DNA of 64,000 nucleotides from Candidatus Kapaibacterium sp. (GTDB lineage: Bacteria; Bacteroidota; Ignavibacteria; Kapaibacteriales; NICIL-2): assembly GCA_026003475.1 (NCBI GenBank), contig BPHJ01000001.1, positions 613,189-677,188 on the forward strand, written 5' to 3'. Position numbers and translations under genes: made by a program. Within the stretch, counting starts at the first letter, position 1; each line of letters begins with the position of its first letter. Below the pieces are notes generated by a model. The model saw nothing but the letters and a program-made list of their open reading frames with translations. It searched no databases and had not been told where the DNA came from. Below, in pieces: positions 58,714 through 64,000 of this stretch.

Positions 58714-59287
58714 ACGCGTGCTGCAGGCTCTTGCTCTCCTGGCAGGAGCCTGCAGCATTGTTGGTTGTCTTCACCCCGTGCGCAGCGCATCGTTACCTGC
58801 TTGGGCGCAGACCCCAACACCCGCACCAACACCAAAGACCGAACGCTTTCGGGATACCCTCCAGCTCATTGTCGGTGAGCACTCAATGCCAATGCAATCA
58901 GGAGAGCAGGCGGTCACAGCGGACTCGATACGCGATGCCATTGCACTCTGTGAACAGGGTAACTCTCGCCAAGGGCAGCAAATCTTACTCGGTATTGTGG
59001 AATCACGCGATGAGGACGATTCCCTCCATTGGGAAGCACTCTTTCAGCTTGGGGAGTGCTATGCCGTCCATGGCGATGCTGAGCAAGCTCTTCGCTTGCT
59101 GGGCGACATCGCATACCGAGCATCCGGTGTTCCACCAGATACGCATGCTCGGTCAATTGTTCGGCTTGGACATGTGCTCTGCGTGCTTGGACGTCGGATC
59201 GAGGCGGCAGAACAGTTCGCACGCTTGCGGAAACTCTATCCGAACAGCCCCTATCGTGCAGCTGCAGATTGCATGGTCATTCGCTGA
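58694..59287 (+). CDS. TPR-like repeat lipoprotein
   Basis: ATG at 58694 gives MRHPLPKRVLQALALLAGACSIVGC (lipobox), then helical repeats (ALFQLGECYAVHGDAEQALRLL...). Confidence 0.45.
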   Translation: MRHPLPKRVLQALALLAGACSIVGCLHPVRSASLPAWAQTPTPAPTPKTERFRDTLQLIVGEHSMPMQSGEQAVTADSIRDAIALCEQGNSRQGQQILLGIVESRDEDDSLHWEALFQLGECYAVHGDAEQALRLLGDIAYRASGVPPDTHARSIVRLGHVLCVLGRRIEAAEQFARLRKLYPNSPYRAAADCMVIR

Positions 59288-59891
59288 GCGTGCGACGCTT
59301 GCGCAGAACCATGCGCAGAATGATACCGGCAACCAATACGCACAGAACCGTAGTGATGGCCACTCCATAGGTGTGGAAGTAGCTTTCCACGACACGCCAA
59401 TTCCGACCCAATGCCGTGCCAGCATACAGCAGCAGGGAGTTCCAGACCAATGCACTGACAGCGCATAAAACCGTTGTGCGCATCGGCTCTAAGTGCGACA
59501 TTCCTGCAAACAGAGAAATCACCGATCGAGTGCCCGACATGAACCGATTGACAACGATGACGTAGTATCCCCACCGCTGAAACCATTGCTCAGCGCGGAC
59601 GAGCGCATCGAGAGGGAAAAGTTTGGCGATGCGGGATTGCATAATCCGGTCACCGAAGATGCGCCCAATGATGAACATGGTGTAAAACCCAGCCACACTG
59701 CCAGCGGTAGCACCAAGGAGGGTGAGGCCAAATCCCGCTGAACCAACTCCGACGAGTGTGCCGATGAAGACCAGCAATACATCGCTTGGCGATGGCGGAA
59801 GCACATTCTCCAGGTAAGTTATCGCAAACGCCGCAACGACAACACCCCACGACGGAAACCCAGAAAGAACATCAATGATTTGCTCCAGCAT
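59277..59891 (-). CDS. DedA/SNARE-associated (TVP38/TMEM64) family membrane protein
   Basis: FAITYLENVLPPSPSDVLLVFIGTLVG...GYYVIVVNRFMSGTRSVISLFAG, typical of DedA. Confidence 0.8.
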   Translation of the reverse strand: MLEQIIDVLSGFPSWGVVVAAFAITYLENVLPPSPSDVLLVFIGTLVGVGSAGFGLTLLGATAGSVAGFYTMFIIGRIFGDRIMQSRIAKLFPLDALVRAEQWFQRWGYYVIVVNRFMSGTRSVISLFAGMSHLEPMRTTVLCAVSALVWNSLLLYAGTALGRNWRVVESYFHTYGVAITTVLCVLVAGIILRMVLRKRRTLSE

Positions 59892-59899
59892 AGCTTTGC

Positions 59900-60550
59900 A
59901 TGGTGGTTCAACATGCGCAAGTTTACGACGTGCAGATTCGAACAGAGGATGAGTACCAACAGTGGAACAAACTTATCGGCACCAATCTCCGGGCACTGCG
60001 GCGCAAACATGGCCTGACGTTGAACCAGGTAGCTCAGGAGGCAAATATTTCGATCTCACACCTTGCCAATGCGGAACAGGGACGACGCTCGATTGGTGGC
60101 GAGCAGTTGCGCCGAATCCTCCAGTGCTACGGCTATTCGTTGGGAGTATTCTGTACACACATCAAATTGTTGCTTGGGTCGGAAGATGGTTTTGCCGAGC
60201 CCGCAAGCGATGCGGAGATCATCGAGCATTCGCCAATTCCGTTGATTGGCCGGCATAATCAAGAACCGCACCTGCTCTTGTTGCGCCCGACGCCTTCGAC
60301 CGATGAGCCAGAGCATCTACTGCTGATTTTACCACCGGGTACGGAGCTGTGGCGTTCTTACCTGGTGCTGCCGTGTCGGAGCAGCGTTGCCGTAGCACAC
60401 GGTGTGTTGTTGGTGGAGACCAAACACCGAGAGTATGCGCTGCACGCGAGCGAGTACCTTTCGATTCCGGCAGAAGTACCGCATCGCTTTCGGAACCACA
60501 CGCGTTCGGAAACGCGTGCCTATATTTGGGTAGAATCTGCATGGCTCTAA
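59900..60550 (+). CDS. XRE-family HTH transcriptional regulator with C-terminal cupin domain
   Basis: HTH region LIGTNLRALRRKHGLTLNQVAQEANISISHLANAEQG. C-terminal beta-rich cupin-like segment (EYLSIPAEVPHRFRNH). A GTG at 59933 is an alternative start. Confidence 0.7.
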   Translation: MVVQHAQVYDVQIRTEDEYQQWNKLIGTNLRALRRKHGLTLNQVAQEANISISHLANAEQGRRSIGGEQLRRILQCYGYSLGVFCTHIKLLLGSEDGFAEPASDAEIIEHSPIPLIGRHNQEPHLLLLRPTPSTDEPEHLLLILPPGTELWRSYLVLPCRSSVAVAHGVLLVETKHREYALHASEYLSIPAEVPHRFRNHTRSETRAYIWVESAWL

Positions 60551-60551
60551 C

Positions 60552-62426
60552 ATGAATGTGTCGCAGTCGTCGCACCGCCGAACGCTCCGCATCTTGTGCA
60601 TCGAGGACCATCCGCTCGATCGCGAAATCCTTCGTCGTCAACTGGAGGCGGTCGAGCAGTGGGGAGAAATTATCCCCGAGGTGGTGTTTGCAGCATCGCT
60701 CGGCGAAGCGGTCCTTGCTGCCCAACGCGAACAGGTGGATGTGTGTATTGTGGATCTGCTCCTGCCAGATAGTCGGGGTGTCGAGACGCTCTATGCGCTC
60801 CGCCGAGTTGTCCCCTATGCAGCACTGGTGGTCGTCAGTAGCGATAGCGACCTGCTGACACTTCGCCAATCGGTCTATGCCAATGTCCACGGCTACCTGG
60901 TCAAAGGGGAGTACACACCTGGGGCCTTGGTGCGCAGCATCCTGGCGGCTTGGGAGCACTCTCAGCTTGAGCGTCGCCTGGCGGAAACCACCCATGAGCT
61001 CCATCGTTCGCAAGCACAGTATCGTGCTCTGCTGGAGTACCTTCCCGATGCGGTTATCATGACAGATGCTGAGGGGAAAATTCTCTATCTCAATCCTGCC
61101 GCGCACGTTCTCCTTGGGCGATCGGGCGGTGAACTCATTGGTGAGGAGCTGGCGCAACTGGACACAGCCACCGATACCGCTCGCGATATTGTCCTCCCTC
61201 ATCGGGATGGTCGGTTGCGGTACGCAGTAGTACGCACGCAACGAGCCATCCTCGAAGACCAAGAGGTCAAGCTTTACTTCCTCCATGACATTACCGAGCG
61301 GCGACTGTTGGAGCACCAACTCTTGGAGCATCAGCGCAGAGAGTTGCTTGGCATCCTTGCAAGCGGGATAGCTCACGACATCAACAATCTGCTCTCGCCG
61401 ATCATGCTGGGCGTGCAGACACTGCTCCGCACTGTCGAGGATGAGCGCTCCCGCCGCGTCTTAGCGATGATCGAGCAGTCAGCTCGCCGCGGCGCAGAGT
61501 TGGTCCGGCAAGTGCTCGGGTTTGCACGGTCTCAGGATGCTCACCGCGAACAGGTTGCACCGAAAGACATCATTGCGGCTGTCATCGGAAACTATCGTGC
61601 CCACCTTTCGCCGACAATTACGCTCGATACCAGTGGGGTTGATCTGGCAACACCCTCGTTCTATGCCGACCCGACACAAGTAGTGCAGGTTCTCTTGAAT
61701 CTTATCGCCAATGCACACCAAGCACTCGGAGAGCAGGGAGGCACTATCCGTCTGGCATGCTATCGGACGACAAGTCACGACCCTCGCCTTTCATCCAAGG
61801 GAATTGCCGACGCAGCATATGTTGTCTTCGAAGTTTCCGACACCGGCCACGGTATCCCAGAGGACATACGCCCGCGCATCTTCGAGCCATTTTTCACCAC
61901 ACGTCCCAATGCGACCGGGCTGGGACTCTACACAGTTCTGGCAATCGTCAAACGCCACGAAGGAACACTCCACATCGAGAGCACACCCGGAGTAGGTACC
62001 CGTGTGAGCGTCTTTTTCCCACTGACCGAAAATGCCGCTCCTCGACGCGCAACCGCGCTGGTTGTATCCCCAAGCGCAACGCTCCGGAACCTTGTCCGTG
62101 CCGCACTTGATGGCGTCGGACTCGGTGTGATTGAAGCAAGCTCATCATCGGAGGCATTGGGTACGTTCATCCGCTCAGGCAACACCGTTGATCTTGTCGT
62201 TGCTGACGATGATGAGCACGTTCCCATCGATCCCGATAAACTTCGGACCATCCGCGAACTCAAGCCGAGCGTTCGTGTTGTGTTGCTCTGCTCGTTGGTT
62301 GTTCAGCAGTCGCTGGCAGCGCTCGAAGGCAGCATTGTTGATGCATTCCTTCCGAAGCCATGTACCGATCAAATGCTGCTCGATGCTGTTGCTGCCCTGA
62401 TGGGGACAACTGCTGCCCTTGAGTAG
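60552..62426 (+). CDS. hybrid sensor histidine kinase (REC-PAS-HisKA-HATPase-REC)
   Basis: N-terminal receiver (VDVCIVDLLLPD), PAS segment, H-box GIAHDINNLLSPI, HATPase G-boxes (DTGHGI...GLGLY), C-terminal receiver-like domain (DLVVADDDEH). Confidence 0.85.
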   Translation: MNVSQSSHRRTLRILCIEDHPLDREILRRQLEAVEQWGEIIPEVVFAASLGEAVLAAQREQVDVCIVDLLLPDSRGVETLYALRRVVPYAALVVVSSDSDLLTLRQSVYANVHGYLVKGEYTPGALVRSILAAWEHSQLERRLAETTHELHRSQAQYRALLEYLPDAVIMTDAEGKILYLNPAAHVLLGRSGGELIGEELAQLDTATDTARDIVLPHRDGRLRYAVVRTQRAILEDQEVKLYFLHDITERRLLEHQLLEHQRRELLGILASGIAHDINNLLSPIMLGVQTLLRTVEDERSRRVLAMIEQSARRGAELVRQVLGFARSQDAHREQVAPKDIIAAVIGNYRAHLSPTITLDTSGVDLATPSFYADPTQVVQVLLNLIANAHQALGEQGGTIRLACYRTTSHDPRLSSKGIADAAYVVFEVSDTGHGIPEDIRPRIFEPFFTTRPNATGLGLYTVLAIVKRHEGTLHIESTPGVGTRVSVFFPLTENAAPRRATALVVSPSATLRNLVRAALDGVGLGVIEASSSSEALGTFIRSGNTVDLVVADDDEHVPIDPDKLRTIRELKPSVRVVLLCSLVVQQSLAALEGSIVDAFLPKPCTDQMLLDAVAALMGTTAALE

Positions 62427-62470
62427 AAACCGTAACTTTGCAGTGTGTCCAAACATGCTGTTCGTGCTTG

Positions 62471-64000
62471 ATGAAAGAGTTCCGCAACGAGCCAGTGCTC
62501 GATTTCCGTGATGTGAAAAACATTCGAAAGCAGCGTGCCGCACTTGAACAGGTGCGCTTGCAGTTGGGAAAGGAGTATCCCAACATCATCGCAGGCAAAC
62601 GGGTGTATTCGGAATCCAAAACTATTTCTCGCAATCCTGCTCGCCCGGAGGAAATCATCGGCGTTTTCCAAAAGAGCGGCACTGATCACGCTGAGCAAGC
62701 AATTACGGCTGCGCTCAAAGCATTCGAGCACTGGAAAAATGTTCCACCCAAGCAACGTGCTCGGTATCTGTTCAAAGCCGCTAACGAAATCCGCCGTCGG
62801 CGTTTCGAAATCAACGCGTGGATGATCCGGGAAGTCGGCAAAAATTACACCGAAGCAGATGCCGATACCTGCGAGGCAATTGACTTCCTCGAATTCTACG
62901 GACGTGAAATGCTGCGCTATGCTGAGTCTCAACCCGTGACACCAGTGCCTGGCGAAACCAACGAGCTGTTCTACATCCCGCTCGGCGTTGGTGTGATTTT
63001 ACCACCGTGGAATTTTCCCTTCGCGATCTTGGTCGGCATGACCAGTGCGGCGATCGTGACTGGCAATACGGTTGTTCTCAAGCCCTCGAGCGATTCGCCC
63101 ATGATGGGATGGCTCTTTGCCGAGATCATGCAGTCGGTCGGACTGCCGAAGGGGGTTCTGAACTTTTTGGTTGCCAGCGGCGCAGAAGCTGGCGATTACC
63201 TTGTGGCTCATCCGAAGACGCGCTTCATTGCATTCACCGGTTCCATGGAAGTGGGGCTGCATATCAATGAGCTTGCTGCTAAGCCCCAGCCTGGTCAGAT
63301 TTGGATCAAGCGCGTCGTCGCTGAAATGGGTGGGAAAGATGCCATCATTGTGGATAGTGAAGCTGACCTGGACGCAGCCGTGCAAGGAGTCGTTACCTCC
63401 GCATTCGGTTTCCAAGGGCAAAAATGCTCGGCATGCTCGCGGGCAATTGTTGATCGTGCAGTGTACAAAGAATTTGTTGCCAAGCTTCGCGATGCAGTTG
63501 CTGCGTTGCATGTTGGACCGCCGGAAGATAACTACTCAGTCGGACCAGTTGTCAGCGAACGGCAGAAGAACACTGTTCTGCAATACATCGAGATTGGGAA
63601 GCAGGAAGGTAAACTGCTCATTGGTGGCAATGCGATCGAGCACGAAGACGGCGGCTATTACATCGAACCGACAGTGTTTGTTGATGTCAAACCCACTGCT
63701 CGCATTGCGCAAGAAGAGATATTCGGTCCGGTCTTGGCGGTCATCAAAGCGCGCGATTTCGATGACGCCTTGCGTATCGCTAACGGTACGATCTATGGTT
63801 TGACGGGAGCGGTGTATTCGCGCAATCGCAAAAAACTCGAGCGCGCTCGTATCGAGTTTCATGTCGGGAATCTCTACCTCAACCGCAAGTGCACAGGAGC
63901 ACTCGTCGGCGGTCATCCATTTGGTGGCTTCAACATGAGTGGAACAGACTCCAAGGCTGGCGGGCGAGATTACTTGTTACTCTTCCTTCAGGCAAAGAGC
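62471..64000 (+). CDS. rocA: 1-pyrroline-5-carboxylate dehydrogenase (RocA/PruA-type aldehyde dehydrogenase); 3' end beyond the window
   Basis: Hand translation from ATG 62471 (510 codons, no stop before the window end; absent from the ORF track). Near-collinear with Bacillus RocA: IPPWNFPFAI, VLKPSSDSP, IAFTGSMEVG, EMGGKDAIIV, catalytic QGQKCSACSR, FHVGNLYLNRKCTGALVGGHPFGG. Confidence 0.85.
   Translation, partial: MKEFRNEPVLDFRDVKNIRKQRAALEQVRLQLGKEYPNIIAGKRVYSESKTISRNPARPEEIIGVFQKSGTDHAEQAITAALKAFEHWKNVPPKQRARYLFKAANEIRRRRFEINAWMIREVGKNYTEADADTCEAIDFLEFYGREMLRYAESQPVTPVPGETNELFYIPLGVGVILPPWNFPFAILVGMTSAAIVTGNTVVLKPSSDSPMMGWLFAEIMQSVGLPKGVLNFLVASGAEAGDYLVAHPKTRFIAFTGSMEVGLHINELAAKPQPGQIWIKRVVAEMGGKDAIIVDSEADLDAAVQGVVTSAFGFQGQKCSACSRAIVDRAVYKEFVAKLRDAVAALHVGPPEDNYSVGPVVSERQKNTVLQYIEIGKQEGKLLIGGNAIEHEDGGYYIEPTVFVDVKPTARIAQEEIFGPVLAVIKARDFDDALRIANGTIYGLTGAVYSRNRKKLERARIEFHVGNLYLNRKCTGALVGGHPFGGFNMSGTDSKAGGRDYLLLFLQAKS

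Noticed and set aside
60219-61376. 385-aa minus-strand ORF antisense to the hybrid histidine kinase
   Set aside because: The kinase H-box and G-boxes are intact on the plus strand. This is an antisense artefact.

Overview
The window is a dense, high-GC (about 58% by eye) core-chromosome segment with no tRNA or rRNA genes, CRISPR arrays, transposases or phage genes that I can see. A C-terminal type-IX-secretion sorting domain on one secreted protein and a possible Bacteroidetes-style -7 promoter box suggest an FCB-superphylum bacterium (Chlorobi/Ignavibacteria/Rhodothermaeota-like), but this is a guess. Three respiratory modules dominate: (1) a complete clade-II nitrous-oxide reductase cluster with no nosR or nosGH, in the order cyt c, nosZ, nosB-nosL (one ORF), nosD, nosF, nosY; (2) an alternative complex III operon actABCDEF preceded by a cytochrome c, ctaB (haem O synthase), a SCO1 copper chaperone and a DUF420 protein, with no terminal oxidase in the window; (3) an isolated nuoM-nuoN pair. 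Housekeeping genes present are smc, mreBCD (with a FliO homologue as the first gene), glmS, nupC, an lptD-like gene, queD-folE, rnhB, pyrC, lysA, uvrB, queA, glgP, glgA, ispE and a rocA-type P5C dehydrogenase that runs off the 3' end. There is also an envelope-stress island (pspA, a YbjN-like gene, an ECF sigma/anti-sigma pair and a Spy/CpxP-like periplasmic protein) and a separate PspC-domain gene. A block made of a T9SS cargo protein, a beta-barrel protein and a DUF1573 protein, together with nuoMN, sits between glgP and glgA. The ORF track omits two real genes that run off the window edges: a DUF1460-like gene on the minus strand at the 5' end and rocA at the 3' end. The most notable observations are the in-frame NosB-NosL arrangement with an internal lipoprotein signal, the orphan fliO heading the mre operon, the nos and ACIII modules sitting on one locus without nosR, nosGH or an oxidase, and the split complex I.
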